This document shows positions 11,901 through 28,400 of a stretch of DNA of 64,000 nucleotides, piece after piece. Each line of letters opens with the position of its first letter. The first letter of the stretch is position 1. This DNA is from the human T2T-CHM13v2.0 reference genome, Homo sapiens, in the NCBI RefSeq assembly GCF_009914755.1, contig NC_060933.1. The stretch is one strand, 5' to 3'. The position numbers were made by a program, and so were the translations under genes. The notes under the pieces are model-generated. The model was not told the origin of the DNA, did no database searches, and saw nothing but the letters and a program-made list of their open reading frames with translations.

Positions 11901-14900
11901 ATTTAATGTAATGGAATGCAATGGAATGGAATCATCCGTAATGGAATGGAAAGGAATGGAATGGAATGGAATGGAATGGAATGGAATGGAATGGAATGGA
12001 CTCAACTCGATTGCAATCGAATGGAATGGAATGGAATTAACCCGAATAGAATGGAATGGAATAGAATGGAACGGAACGGAATGGAACGGAATGGAATGGA
12101 ATGGAATGGAATGGAACGGAACGGAATGGAATGGAATGGAATGGAATGGAATCAACGCGAGTGCAGGGGAATGGAATGAAATGGAATGCAATGGAATGGA
12201 ATCTTCCGGAATGGAATGGAATGGAATGAAATGCAATGGATTCAACTCGATTGCAATGGAATGGAATAGAATGGAATGGAATGGAATTAATTCGAATAGA
12301 ATGGAATGGAATGGAATGGAATGGAACGGAATGGAACGGAATGGAATGGAATGGAATGGAATGCAATGGAATGGTATGGAATGGAATGGAATGGTACGGA
12401 ATAGAATGGAATGGAACGAATTGTAATGGAAAGGAATTGAATGGAATGGAATGGAATCAACGCGAGTGCAGGGGAATGTAATGGAACGGAATGCAATGGA
12501 ATGGAATCATCCGGAATGGAATGGAATGGAATGGAATGGAATGGAATGGAATGGAATGGAATCAACCCGAGTGCAATGGAATGGAGTGGAATGGAATGGA
12601 ATGGAATGGAACAACCCGAATGGAATGGAATGTAATGGAGAGTAAGGGAGTTGAATAGAATCAATCCGAATGTAATGGAATGGAATGCAACGGAATGGAA
12701 TGGAATGGAATGGAATGGAATGCAATGGAATTGAATCAACCCGAGTACAATGGAATGGAATGGAATGGAATGGAATGATACGGAATAGAATGGAATGGAA
12801 CGAAATGGAATGGAATGGAATGGAATGGAATGGAATGGAATGGAATGGAATGGAATGGAATCGTTCCGAGTGGAATAGGAGGGAATGTATTCGAGTGGAA
12901 TGGAAAGGAATGGAATCAACCAGAGTGGAATGGAAGGGAATGGAATGGAATGGAAACTAATAGAATGGAATCAACCCGAGTGGAATGGAATGGAAAGGAC
13001 TGGAATGGAATGGAATGGAATGGAATGGAATGGAATCAACTCGATTGGAATGGAATGGAATGGAATGGAATGGAATGGAATGGAATTAACCCGAATACAA
13101 TGGAATGGAATGGAATGGAACGGAATGGAGTGGAATGGAATGGAATCAACCCGAGTGCAGGGGAATGGAATGGAATGGAATGCAATGGAATGGAATCATC
13201 CGGAATGGAATGGAATGCAAAGCAATGGAATCAGCTAGATTGCAATGGAATGGAATGGAATGGAAAGGAATACATTGGAATCAACCCGAGTGGAATGGAA
13301 TGGAAAGGACTGGAATGGAGTGGAATGGAATGGAATGGAATGGAATCAACTCGATTGGAATGGAATGGAATGGAATGGAATGGAATTAACCCGAATAGAA
13401 TGGAATGGAATGGAATGGAACGGAACGGAATCGAATGGAATGGAATGGAATGGAATGGAATGGAATGGAATGGAATCAACCCGACTGCAGGGGAATGGAA
13501 TGGAATGGAAACTAATAGAATGGAATCAACCCGAGTGGAATGGAATGGAAAAGACAGGAATGGAAAGGAATGGAATGGAATGGAATGGAATGGAATGGAA
13601 TGGAATGGAATCAACGCGAGTGCAGGGGAATGGAAAGGAATCGAATGGAATGGAATGGAATGGAAAGGAATCAACCCGAGTGCAGGGGAATGTAATGGAA
13701 CGGAATGCAATGGAATTGAATCATCCGGAATGGAATGGAATGGAATGCAATGGAATGGAATGGAATGGAATCAACCCGAGTGCAATGGAATGGAGTGAAA
13801 TGGAATGGAATGGAATGGAGACAACCAGAATGGATTGGAATATAATGGAGTGTAAGGGAATTGAATAGAATCAATCTGAATGTAATGAAATGGAATGGAA
13901 CGGAATGGAATGGAATGGAATGGAATGGAATGGAATGCAATGGAATGGAATCAACCCGAGTGCAATCGAATGGAATCGAATGGAATGGAATGCAATGGAA
14001 TGGATTCAACTTGAATGGAATGGAAAGAATGGAATCAACACGAGTGGAATGGCATGGATTGGAATGGAATGGAATGGAATCAACCCGAGTATAGGGGAAT
14101 GGAATGGAATGGAATGGAATGGAATGGAATCATCCGTAAAGGAATGGAAAGGAATGGAATGGAATGGAATGGAATGGAATGGAATGGAATGGAATGGAAT
14201 CTTCCGGAATGGAATGGAATGGAATGGAATGGAATGACATGCAATGGATTCAACTCGATTGCAATGGAATGGAATAGAATGGTATGGAATGGAATGGAAT
14301 GGAATTAATTCGAACAGAATGGAATGGAATGGAATGGAACGGAATGGAACGGAATGGAATGGAATGGAATGGAATGGAATGGAATGGTATGGAATGGAAT
14401 GGAATGGTACGGAATAGAATGGAATGGAACGAATTGTAATGGAATGGAATTGAATGGAATGGAATGGAATCAACGCGAGTGCAGGGGAATGTAATGGAAC
14501 GGAATGCAATGGAATGGAATCATCCGGAATGGAATGGAATGGAATGGAATGGAATGGAATGGAATCAACCCGAGTGCAATGGAATAGAGTGGAATGGAAT
14601 GGAATGGAATGGAACAACCCGAATGGAATGGAATGTAATGGAGAGTAAGGGAGTTGAATAGAATCAATCCGAATAAAGGAATGGAATGCAACGGAATGGA
14701 ATGGAATGGAATGTAATGGAATGTAATGGAATTGAATCAACCCGAGTACAATGGAATGGAATGGAATGGAATGGAATGGAATGGAATGGAATGATACGGA
14801 ATAGAATGGAATGGAACGAAATGGAATGGAATGGAATGGAATGGAATGGAATGGAATGGAATGGAATGGAATCGTTCCGAGTGGAATAGTAGGGAATGTA

Positions 14901-15059
14901 TTCGAGTGGAATGGAAAGGAATGGAATCAACCAGACTGGAATGGAAGTGAATGGAATGGAATGGAAATTAATAGAATGGAATCAACCCGAGAGGAATGGA
15001 ATGGAAAGGACTGGAATGGAATGGAATGGAATGGAATCAACTCGATTTTAATGGAATGG

Positions 15060-18000
15060 AATGGAATGGAATGGAATGGAATGGAATTAACCCGAATACA
15101 ATGCAATGGAATGGAATGGAACGGAATGGAGTGGAATGGAATGGAATCAACCCGAGTGCATGGGAATGGAATGGAATGGAATGCAATGGAATGGAATCAT
15201 CCGGAATGGAATGGAATGGAATGGAATGCAAAGCAATGGAATCAACTCGATTGCAATGGAATGGAATGGAATGTAAAGGAATACATTGGAATCAACCCGA
15301 GTGGAATGGAATGGAAAGGACTGGAATGGAGTGGAATGGAATGGAATGGAATGGAATGGAATCAACTCGATTGGAATGGAATAGAATGGAATGGAATGGA
15401 ATGGAATTAACCCGAATAGAATGGAATGGAATGGAATGGAACGGAACGGAAAGGAATGGAATGGAATGGAATGGAATGGAAACAACCCGACTGCAGGGGA
15501 ATGGAATGGAATGGAATGCAATGGAATGGATTCAACTTGAATGGAATGGAAAGAATGGAATTAACACGAGTGGAATGGCATGGATTGGAATGGAATGGAA
15601 TGGAATCAACGCGAGTACAGGGGAATGGAATGGAATGGAATGCAATGGAATGGAATCATTCGTAATGGAATGGAAAGGAATGGAATGGAATGGAATGGAA
15701 TGGAATGGAATCAACTCGATTGCAATCGAATGGAATGGAATGGAATTAACCCGAATAGAATGGAATGGAATGGAATGGAACGGAACGGAATGTAATGGAA
15801 CGGAATGGAATGGAATGGAACGGAAAGGAAGGGAATGGAATGGAATAGAATGGAATGGAATGGAATCAACACGAGTGAAGGGGAATGGAATGGAATGGAA
15901 TGCAATGGAATGGAATCTTCCGGAATGCAATGGAATGGAATGGAATGGAATGGAATCAACCCGAGTGCAATGGAATGGAGTGGAATGGAATGGAATGGAA
16001 TGGAACAACCCGAATGGAATGGAATGTAATGGAGAGTAAGGGAGTTGAATAGAATCAATCCGAATGTAATGGAATGGAATGGAACGGAATGGAATTGAAT
16101 GGAATGGAATGGAATGCAATGGAATGGAATCAACCCGAGTGCAATGGAATGGAGAGGAATGGAATGGAATGGAATGGAAACTACCCGAATGGAATGGAAT
16201 GTAATGGAGTGTAAGGGAATTGAATAGAATAAATCCGAATGTAATGGAATGGAATGGAACGGAATGGAATGGAATGGAATGGAATGGCATGGAATGGAAT
16301 GCAATGGAATGGAATCAACCCGAGTGCAATCGAATGGAATCGAATGGAAGGGAATGCAATGGAATGGATTCAACTTGAATGGAATGGAAAGAATGCAATC
16401 AACACGAGTGGAATGGCATGGATTGGAATGGAATGGAATGGAATCAACCCGAGTACAGGGGAATGGAATGGAATGGAATGCAATGGAATGGAATCATCCA
16501 TAATGGAATGGAAAGGAATGGAATGGAATGGAATGGAATGGAATGGAACGGAACGGAACGGAATGGAATGGAATGGAATGGAATGGAATGGAATGGAAAC
16601 AACCCGACTGCAGGGGAATGGAATGGAATGGAATGCAATGGAATGGATTCAACTTGAATGGAATGGAAAGAATGGAATCAACACGAGTGGAATGGCATGG
16701 ATTGGAATGGAATGGAATGGAATCAACCCGAGTACAGGGGAATGGAATGGAATGGAATGCAATGGAATGGAATCATCCGTAATGGAATGGAAAGGAATGG
16801 AATGGAATGGAATGGAATGGAATGGAATCAACTCGATTGCAATTGAATGGAATGGAATGGAATTAACCCGAATAGAATGAAATGGAATGGAATGGAACGG
16901 AACGGAATGGAATGGAATGGAATGGAATGGAATGGAACGGAAAGGAAGGGAATGGAATAGAATAGAATGGAATGGAATGGAATCAACGCGAGTGCAGGGG
17001 AATGGAATGGAATGGAATGCAATGGAATGGAATCTTCCGGAATGGAATGGAATGGAATGGAATGGAATGGAATGGAATGGAATCAACCCGAGTGCAATGG
17101 AATGGAGTGGAATGGAATGGAATGGAATGGAACAACCCGAATGGAATGGAATGTAATGGAGAGTAAGGGAGTTGAATAGAATCAATCCGAATGTAATGGA
17201 ATGGAATGGAACGGAATGGAATTGAATGGAATGGAATGGAATGCAATGGAATGGAATCAACCCGAGTTCAATGGAATGGAGAGGAATGGAATGGAATGGA
17301 ATGGAAACTACCCAAATGGAATGGAATGTAATGGAGTGTAAGGGAATTGAACAGAATCAATCCGAATGTAATGGAATGGAATGGAACGGAATGGAATGGA
17401 ATGGAATGGAATGGAATGCAATGGAATGGAATCAACCCGAGTGCAATCGAAGGGAATCGAATGGAATGGAATGCAATGGAATGGATTCAACTTGAATGGA
17501 ATGGAAAGAATGGAATCAACACGAGTGGAATGGCATGGATTGGAATGGAATGGAATGGAATCAACCCGAGTACAGGGGAATGGAATGGAATGGAATGCAA
17601 TGGAATGGAATCATCCGTAATGGAATGGAAAGGAATGGAATGGAATGGAATGGAATGGAATGGAATGGAATGGAATGGAATCAACTCGATTGCAATCGAA
17701 TGGAATGGAATGGAATTAACCCGAATAGAATGGAATGGAATGGAATGGAACGGAACGGAATGGAATGGAATGGAATGGAATGGAACGGAACGGAATGGAA
17801 TGGAATGGAATGGAATGGAATGAAATGGAATCAATGCGAGTGCAGGGGAATGGAATGGAATGGAATGCAATGGAATGGAATCTTCCGGAATGGAATGGAA
17901 TGGAATGGAATGGAATGGAATGGAATGAAATGCAATGGATTCAACTCGATTGCAATGGAATGGAATAGAATGGAAAGGAATGGAATGGAATGGAATTAAT

Positions 18001-21000
18001 CCGAATAGAATGGAATGGAATGGAATGGAACGGAATGGAACGGAATGGAATGGAATGCAATGGAATGGAATGGTATGGAATGGAATGGAATGGTACGGAA
18101 TAGAATGGAATGGAACGAATTGTAATGGAATGGAATGGAATGGAATGGAATGGAATGGAATCAACGCGAGTGCAGGGGAATGTAATGTAAAGGAATGCAA
18201 TGGTATGGAATCATCCGGAATGGAATGGAATGGAATGGAATGGAATGGAATCAACCCGAGTGCAATGGAATGGAGTGGAATGCAATGGAATGGAATGGAA
18301 CAACCCGAATGGAATGGAATGTAATGGAGAGTAAGGGAGTTGAATAGAATCAATCCAAATGTAATGGAATGGAATGCAACGGAATGGAATGGAATGGAAT
18401 GGCATGGAATGCAATGGAATTGAATCAACCCGAGTACCATGGAATGGAATGGAATGGAATGGAATGATACGGAATAGAATGGAATGGAACGAAATGGAAT
18501 GGAATGGAATGGAATGGAATGGAATGGAATGGAATGGAATGGAATCGTTCCGAGTGGAATAGGAGGGAATGTATTCGAGTGGAATGGAAAGGAATGGTAT
18601 CAACCAGAGTGGAATGGAAGGGAATGGAATGGAATGGAAACTAATAGAATGGAATCAACCCGAGTGGAATGGAATCGAAAGGACTGGAATGGAATGGAAT
18701 GGAATGGAATCAACTCGATTGCAAAGGAATGGAATGGAATGGAATGGAATGGAATCAACTCGATTGTAATGGAATGCAATGGAATGGAATGGAATGGAAT
18801 GGAATTAACCCGAATACAATGCAATGGAATGGAATGGAACGGAATGGAGTGGAATGGAATGGAATCAACCCGAGTGCATGGGAATGGAATGGAATGGAAT
18901 GCAATGGAATGGAATCATCCGGAATGGAATGGAATGGAATGGAATGCAAAGCAATGGAATCAACTCGATTGCAATGGAATGGAATGGAATGTAAAGGAAT
19001 ACATTGGAATCAACCCGAGTGGAATGGAATGGAAAGGACTGGAATGGAGTGGAATGGAATGGAATGGAATGGAATGGAATCAACTCGATTGGAATGGAAT
19101 AGAATGGAATGGAATGGAATGGAATTAACCCGAATAGAATGGAATGGAATGGAATGGAACGGAACGGAAAGGAATGGAATGGAATGGAATGGAATGGAAA
19201 CAACCCGACTGCAGGGGAATGGAATGGAATGGAATGCAATGGAATGGATTCAACTTGAATGGAATGGAAAGAATGGAATTAACACGAGTGGAATGGCATG
19301 GATTGGAATGGAATGGAATGGAATCAACGCGAGTACAGGGGAATGGAATGGAATGGAATGCAATGGAATGGAATCATTCGTAATGGAATGGAAAGGAATG
19401 GAATGGAATGGAATGGAATGGAATGGAATCAACTCGATTGCAATCGAATGGAATGGAATGGAATTAACCCGAATAGAATGGAATGGAATGGAATGGAACG
19501 GAACGGAATGTAATGGAACGGAATGGAATGGAATGGAACGGAAAGGAAGGGAATGGAATGGAATAGAATGGAATGGAATGGAATCAACACGAGTGAAGGG
19601 GAATGGAATGGAATGGAATGCAATGGAATGGAATCTTCCGGAATGCAATGGAATGGAATGGAATGGAATGGAATCAACCCGAGTGCAATGGAATGGAGTG
19701 GAATGGAATGGAATGGAATGGAACAACCCGAATGGAATGGAATGTAATGGAGAGTAAGGGAGTTGAATAGAATCAATCCGAATGTAATGGAATGGAATGG
19801 AACGGAATGGAATTGAATGGAATGGAATGGAATGCAATGGAATGGAATCAACCCGAGTGCAATGGAATGGAGAGGAATGGAATGGAATGGAATGGAAACT
19901 ACCCGAATGGAATGGAATGTAATGGAGTGTAAGGGAATTGAATAGAATAAATCCGAATGTAATGGAATGGAATGGAACGGAATGGAATGGAATGGAATGG
20001 AATGGCATGGAATGGAATGCAATGGAATGGAATCAACCCGAGTGCAATCGAATGGAATCGAATGGAAGGGAATGCAATGGAATGGATTCAACTTGAATGG
20101 AATGGAAAGAATGCAATCAACACGAGTGGAATGGCATGGATTGGAATGGAATGGAATGGAATCAACCCGAGTACAGGGGAATGGAATGGAATGGAATGCA
20201 ATGGAATGGAATCATCCATAATGGAATGGAAAGGAATGGAATGGAATGGAATGGAATGGAATGGAACGGAACGGAACGGAATGGAATGGAATGGAATGGA
20301 ATGGAATGGAATGGAAACAACCCGACTGCAGGGGAATGGAATGGAATGGAATGCAATGGAATGGATTCAACTTGAATGGAATGGAAAGAATGGAATCAAC
20401 ACGAGTGGAATGGCATGGATTGGAATGGAATGGAATGGAATCAACCCGAGTACAGGGGAATGGAATGGAATGGAATGCAATGGAATGGAATCATCCGTAA
20501 TGGAATGGAAAGGAATGGAATGGAATGGAATGGAATGGAATGGAATCAACTCGATTGCAATTGAATGGAATGGAATGGAATTAACCCGAATAGAATGAAA
20601 TGGAATGGAATGGAACGGAACGGAATGGAATGGAATGGAATGGAATGGAATGGAACGGAAAGGAAGGGAATGGAATAGAATAGAATGGAATGGAATGGAA
20701 TCAACGCGAGTGCAGGGGAATGGAATGGAATGGAATGCAATGGAATGGAATCTTCCGGAATGGAATGGAATGGAATGGAATGGAATGGAATGGAATGGAA
20801 TCAACCCGAGTGCAATGGAATGGAGTGGAATGGAATGGAATGGAATGGAACAACCCGAATGGAATGGAATGTAATGGAGAGTAAGGGAGTTGAATAGAAT
20901 CAATCCGAATGTAATGGAATGGAATGGAACGGAATGGAATTGAATGGAATGGAATGGAATGCAATGGAATGGAATCAACCCGAGTTCAATGGAATGGAGA

Positions 21001-22473
21001 GGAATGGAATGGAATGGAATGGAAACTACCCAAATGGAATGGAATGTAATGGAGTGTAAGGGAATTGAACAGAATCAATCCGAATGTAATGGAATGGAAT
21101 GGAACGGAATGGAATGGAATGGAATGGAATGGAATGCAATGGAATGGAATCAACCCGAGTGCAATCGAAGGGAATCGAATGGAATGGAATGCAATGGAAT
21201 GGATTCAACTTGAATGGAATGGAAAGAATGGAATCAACACGAGTGGAATGGCATGGATTGGAATGGAATGGAATGGAATCAACCCGAGTACAGGGGAATG
21301 GAATGGAATGGAATGCAATGGAATGGAATCATCCGTAATGGAATGGAAAGGAATGGAATGGAATGGAATGGAATGGAATGGAATGGAATGGAATGGAATC
21401 AACTCGATTGCAATCGAATGGAATGGAATGGAATTAACCCGAATAGAATGGAATGGAATGGAATGGAACGGAACGGAATGGAATGGAATGGAATGGAATG
21501 GAACGGAACGGAATGGAATGGAATGGAATGGAATGGAATGAAATGGAATCAATGCGAGTGCAGGGGAATGGAATGGAATGGAATGCAATGGAATGGAATC
21601 TTCCGGAATGGAATGGAATGGAATGGAATGGAATGGAATGGAATGAAATGCAATGGATTCAACTCGATTGCAATGGAATGGAATAGAATGGAATGGAATG
21701 GAATGGAATGGAATTAATCCGAATAGAATGGAATGGAATGGAATGGAACGGAATGGAACGGAATGGAATGGAATGCAATGGAATGGAATGGTATGGAATG
21801 GAATGGAATGGTACGGAATAGAATGGAATGGAACGAATTGTAATGGAATGGAATGGAATGGAATGGAATGGAATGGAATCAACGCGAGTGCAGGGGAATG
21901 TAATGTAAAGGAATGCAATGGTATGGAATCATCCGGAATGGAATGGAATGGAATGGAATGGAATGGAATCAACCCGAGTGCAATGGAATGGAGTGGAATG
22001 CAATGGAATGGAATGGAACAACCCGAATGGAATGGAATGTAATGGAGAGTAAGGGAGTTGAATAGAATCAATCCAAATGTAATGGAATGGAATGCAACGG
22101 AATGGAATGGAATGGAATGGCATGGAATGCAATGGAATTGAATCAACCCGAGTACCATGGAATGGAATGGAATGGAATGGAATGATACGGAATAGAATGG
22201 AATGGAACGAAATGGAATGGAATGGAATGGAATGGAATGGAATGGAATGGAATGGAATGGAATCGTTCCGAGTGGAATAGGAGGGAATGTATTCGAGTGG
22301 AATGGAAAGGAATGGTATCAACCAGAGTGGAATGGAAGGGAATGGAATGGAATGGAAACTAATAGAATGGAATCAACCCGAGTGGAATGGAATCGAAAGG
22401 ACTGGAATGGAATGGAATGGAATGGAATCAACTCGATTGCAAAGGAATGGAATGGAATGGAATGGAATGGAAT
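15060..22473 (+). repeat. Near-perfect tandem duplication, period 3718 bp (15060-18755 and 18778-22473)
   Basis: ORFs identical at offset 3718 (15147..15521/18865..19239, 16254..16880/19972..20598, 18374..18562/22092..22280). Only internal difference noticed: 17976 A vs 21694 T. Confidence 0.95.
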
Positions 22474-25400
22474 GGAATGGAATGGAATTAACCCGAATAC
22501 AATGGAATGGAATGGAATGGAACGGAATGGAGTGGAATGGAATGGAATCAACCCGAGTGCAGGGGAATGGAATGGAATGGAATGCAATGGAATGGAATCA
22601 TCCGGAATGGAATGGAATGGAATGGAATGCAAAGCAATGGAATCAACTAGATTGCAATGGAATGGAATGGAATGGAAAGGAGTACATTGGAATCAAGCCG
22701 AGTGGAATGGAATGGAAAGGACTGGAATGGAGTGGAATGGAATGGAATGGAATAGAATGGAATCAACTCGATTGGAATGGAATGGAATGGAATGGAATGG
22801 AATTAACCCGAATAGAATGGAATGGAATGGAATGGAACGGAACGGAACGGAATGGAATGGAATGGAATGGAATGGAATGGAATGGAATGGAATGGAATCA
22901 ACCCGACTGCAGGGGAATGGAATGGAATGGAAGGCAATGGAATTGATTCAACTTGAATGGAATGGAAAGAATGGAATCAACACGAGTGGAATGGCATGGA
23001 TTGGAATGGAATGGAATGGAATCAACCCGAGTACAGGGGAATGGAATGGAATGGAATGCAATGGAATGGAATCATCCGTAATGGAATGGAAAGGAATGGA
23101 ATGGAATGGAATGGAATGGAATGGAATGGAATCAACTCGATTGCAATCGAATGGAATGTAATGGAATTAACCCGAATAGAATGGAATGGAATGGAATGGA
23201 ACGGAACGGAACGGAACGGAACGGAACCGAGTGGAATGGAATGGAATGGAATTGTATGGAATGGAATGGCATGGTACGGAATAGAATGGAATGGAAAGAA
23301 TTGGAATGGAATGGAATCGAATGGAATAGAATGGAATGGAATGGAATCAACCCGAGTGCAGGGGAATGTAATGGAATGGAATGCAATGGAATGGAATCAT
23401 CCGGAATGGAATGGAATGGAATGGAATGGAATGGAATGGAATGGAATCAACCCGAGTGCAATGGAATGGAGTGGAATGGAATGGAATGGAATGGAACAAC
23501 CCGAATGGAATGGAATGTAATGGAGAGTAAGGGAGTTGAATAGAATCAATCCGAATGTAATGGAATGGAACGGAATGGAATGGAATGGAATGGAATAGAA
23601 TGGAATGGAATGGAATGCAATGGAATGGAATCAACCCGAGTACAATGGAACGGAATGGAATGGAATGGAATGTAATGGAATGGAATGGAATGGAATGGAA
23701 TGGAATGGAATCAACCCGAGTGCAATGGAAACTACCCGAATGGAATGGAATGTAATGGAGTGTAAGGGAATTGAATATTATCAATCCGAATGGAATGGAA
23801 TGGAATGGAACGGAATGTAATGGAATGGAATGGAATGGAATTAACCCGAGTGCAGGGGAATGGAATGGAATGGAATGCAATGGAATGGAATCATCCGGAA
23901 TGGAATGGAATGGAATGCAATGGAATGGAATGGAATGGAATCAACCCGAGTGCAATGGAATGGAGTGAAATGGAATGGCATGGAATGGAAACAACCAGAA
24001 TGGATTGGAATATAACGGAGTGTAAGGGAATTGAATAGAATAAATCTGAATGTAATGAAATGGAAGGGAACGGAATGGAATGGAATGGAATGGAATGGAA
24101 TGCAATGGAATGGAATCAACCTGAGTGCAATCGAATGGAATCGAATAGAATGGAATGCAATGGAATGGATTCAACTTGAATGGAATGGAAAGAATGGAAT
24201 CAACACGAGTGGAATGGCATGGATTGGAATGGAATGGAATGGAATCAACCCGAGTACAGGGGAAAGGAATGGAATGGAATGCAATGGAATGGAATCATCC
24301 ATAATGGAATGGAAAGGAATGGAATGGAATGGAATGGAATGGAATGGAATGGAATCAACTCGATTGCAATCGAAAGGAATGGAATGGAATTAACCGAATA
24401 GAATGGAATGGAATGGAATGGAACGGAACGGAATGGAATGGAATGGAAGGGAATGGAATGGAACGGAAAGGAAGGGAATGGAATGGAATAGAATGGAATG
24501 GAATGGAATAAACGTGAGTGCAGGGGAATGGAATGGAATGGAATGCAATGGAATGGAATCTTCCGGAATGGAATGAAATGGAATGGAATGGAATGGAATG
24601 GAATGGAATCAGCCCGAGTGCAATGGAATGGAGTGGAATGGAATGGAATGGAATGGAACAACCCGAATGGAATGGAATGGAATGGAGAGTAACGGAGTTG
24701 AATAGAATCAATCCGAACATAATGGAATGGAATAGAACGGAATGGAATTGAATGGAATGGAATGGAATGCATTGGAATGGAATCAACCCGAGTGCAATGG
24801 AAAGGAGAGGAATGGAATGGAATGGAATGGAAACTACCCGAATGGAATGGAATGTAATGGAGTGTAAGGGAATTGAATAGAATCAATCCGAATGTAATGG
24901 AATGGAATGGAACGGAATGGAATGGAATGGAATGGAATGGAATGGAATCAACCCGAGTGCAATCGAATGGAATCGAATGGAATCGAATGCAATGGAATGG
25001 ATTCAACTTGAATGGAATGGAAAGAATGGAATCAACACGAGTGGAATGGCATGGATTGGAATGGAATGGAATGGAATCAACCCGAGTACAGGGGAATGGA
25101 ATGGAATGGAATGCAATAGAATGGAATCATCCGTAATGGAATGGAAAGGAATGGAATGGAATAGAATGGAATGGAATGGAATCAACTCGATTGCAATCGA
25201 ATGGAATGGAATGGAATTAACCCGAATAGAATGGAATGGAATGGAATGGAACGGAACGGAACGGAACGGAATGGAATGCAATGGAATGGAATGGAACGGA
25301 ACGGAATGGCATGGACTGGAATGGAATGGAATGGAATCAACCCGAGTACAGGGGAATGGAATGGAATGGAATGCAATGGAATGGAATCATCCGTAATGGA

Positions 25401-28400
25401 ATGGAAAGGAATGGAATGAAATGGAATGGAATGGATTCAACTCGATTGCAACGGAATGGAATAGAATGGAATGGAATGGAATGGAATGGAATCAACCCGA
25501 TTGCAATGGAATGGAGTGGAATGGAATGGAATGGAATGGAACAACCCGAATGGAATGGAATGGAATGGAGAGTAAGGGAGTTGAATAGAATCAATCCGAA
25601 TGAAATGGAATGGAATGCAACGGAATGGAATGGAATGGAATGGAATGGAATGGAAAGCAATGTAATTGAATCAACCCGAGTACAATAGAATGGAATGGAA
25701 TGGAATGGAATGAAATGGAATGGAATGGAATGGAATGATACGGAATAGAATGGAATGGAACGAAATGGAATGGAATGGAATGGAATGGAATGGAATGGAA
25801 TGGAATGGAATGGAATGGAATGGAATGGAATCGTTCCGAGTGGAATAGGAGGGAAAGTATACGAGTGGAATGGAAAGGAATGGAATCAACCAGAGTGGAA
25901 TGGAAGGGAATGGAATGGAATGGAAACTAATAGAATGGAATCAACCCGAGAGGAATGGAATGGAAAGGACTGGAATGGAATGGAATGGAATGGAATCAAC
26001 TCGATTGTAATGGAATGGAATGGAATGGAATGGAATGGAATGGAATTAACCCGAATACAATGCAATGGAATGGAATGGAATGCAATGGAATGCAATGGAA
26101 TGGAATCATCCGGAATGGAATAGAATGGAATGGAATGCAAAGCAATGGAATCAACTCGATTGCAATGGAATGGAATGGAATGGAAAGGAATACATTGGAA
26201 TCAACCCGAGTGGAATGGAATGCAAAGGACTGGAATGGAATGGAATGGAATGGAATGGAATGGAATGGAATCAACTCGATTGGAATGGAATGGAATGGAA
26301 TGGAATGGAATGGATTGGAATTAACCCGAATAGAATGGAATGGAATGGAATGGAACGGAACGGAATGGAATGGAATGGAATGGAATGGGATGGAATGGAG
26401 TCAACCCGACTGCAGGGGAATGGTATGGAATGGAATGCAATGGAATGGATTCAACTTGAATGGAATGGAAAGAATGGAATCAACACGAGTGGAATGGCAT
26501 AGATTGGAATGGAATGGAATGGAATCAACCAGAGTACAGGGGAATGGAATGGAATGGAATGCAATGGAATGGAATCATCCGTAATGGAATGGAAAGGAAT
26601 GGAATGGAATGGAATGGAATCAACGCGAGTGCAGGGGAATGGAATGGAATGGAATGCAATGGAATGGTATCTTCCGGAATGGAACGGAATGGAATGGAAT
26701 GGAATGGAATGGAATCAACCCGAGTGCAATGGAATGGAGTGGAATGGAATGGAATGGAATGGATCAACCCGAATGGAATGGAAAGTAATGGAGAGTAAGG
26801 GAGTTGAATAGAATCAATCCGAATGTAATGGAATGGAATGGAACGGAATGGAATTGAATGGAATGGAATGGAACGGAATGGAATGGAATGGAATCAACGC
26901 GAGTGCAGGGGAATGGAATGGAATCGAATGGAATGGAAAGGAATGGAATGGAATCAACCCGAGTGCAGGGGAACCTAATGGAACGGAATGCAATGGAATG
27001 GAATCACCCGGAATGGAATGGAATGGAATGGAATGGAATCAACCCGAGTGCAATGGAATGGAGTGGAATGGAAAGGAATGGAATGGAACAACCCGAATGG
27101 AATGGAATGTAATGGAGAGTAAGGGAGTTGAAAAGAATCAATCCGAATGTAATGGAATGGAATGGAACGGAATGGAATGGAATGGAATGGAATGGAATGG
27201 AATGCAATGGAATGGAATCAACCCGAGTACAATGGAATGGAATGGAATGGAATGGAATTGAATGGAATGGAATGGAATGCAATGGAATGGAATCTTCCGG
27301 AATGGAATGGAATGGAATGGAATGGAATGGAGTGGAATGCAATGGATTCAACTCGATTGCAATGGAATGGAATAGAATGGAATGGAATGGAATGGAATAT
27401 AATGGAATTAAACCGAATAGAATGGAATGGAATGGAATGGAACGGAACAGAACGGAACGGAACGGAACGGAGTGGAATGGAATGGAATGGAATTGTATGG
27501 AATGGAATGGAATGGTACGGAATAGAATGGAATGGAAAGAATTGGAATGGAATGGAATCGAATGGAATGGAATGGAATGGAATGGAATGGAATCAACCCG
27601 AGTGCAGGGGAATGTAATGGAACGGAATGCAATGGAATGGAATCATCCGGAATGGAATGGAATGGAATGGAATGGAATGGAATGGAATGGAATCAACCCG
27701 AGCGCAATGGAATGGAGTGGAATGGAATGGAATGGAATGGAACAACCCGAATGGAATGGAATGTAATGGAGAGTAAGGGAGTTGAATAGAATCAATCCGA
27801 ATGTAATGGAATGGAACGGAATGGAATGGAATGGAATGGAATGGAATGGAATGGAATGGAATGCAATGGAATGGAATCAACCCGAGTACAATGGAACGGA
27901 ATGGAATGGAATGTAATGTAATGGAATGGAATGGAATGGAATGGAATGGAATCAACCCGAGTGCAATGGAATGGAGTGAAATGGAATGGAATGGAATGGA
28001 GACAACCAGAATGGATTGGAATATAATGGAGTACAAGGGAATTGAATAGAATCAATCTGAATGTAATGAAATGGAATGTAACGGAATGGAATGGAATGGA
28101 ATGGAGACAACCCGACTGCAGGGGAATGGAATGGAATGGAATGCAATGGAATGGATTCAACTTGAATGGAATGGAAAGAATGGAATCAACACGAGTGGAA
28201 TGGCATAGATTGGAATGGAATGGAATGGAATCAACCCGAGTACAGGGGAATGGAATGGAATGTAATGCAATGGAATGGAATCATCCGTAATGGAATGGAA
28301 TGGAATGGAATGGAATGGAATGGAATGGAATGGAATGGAATCAACTCGATTGCAATCGAATGGAATGGAATGGAATTAACCCGAATAGAATGGAATGGAA

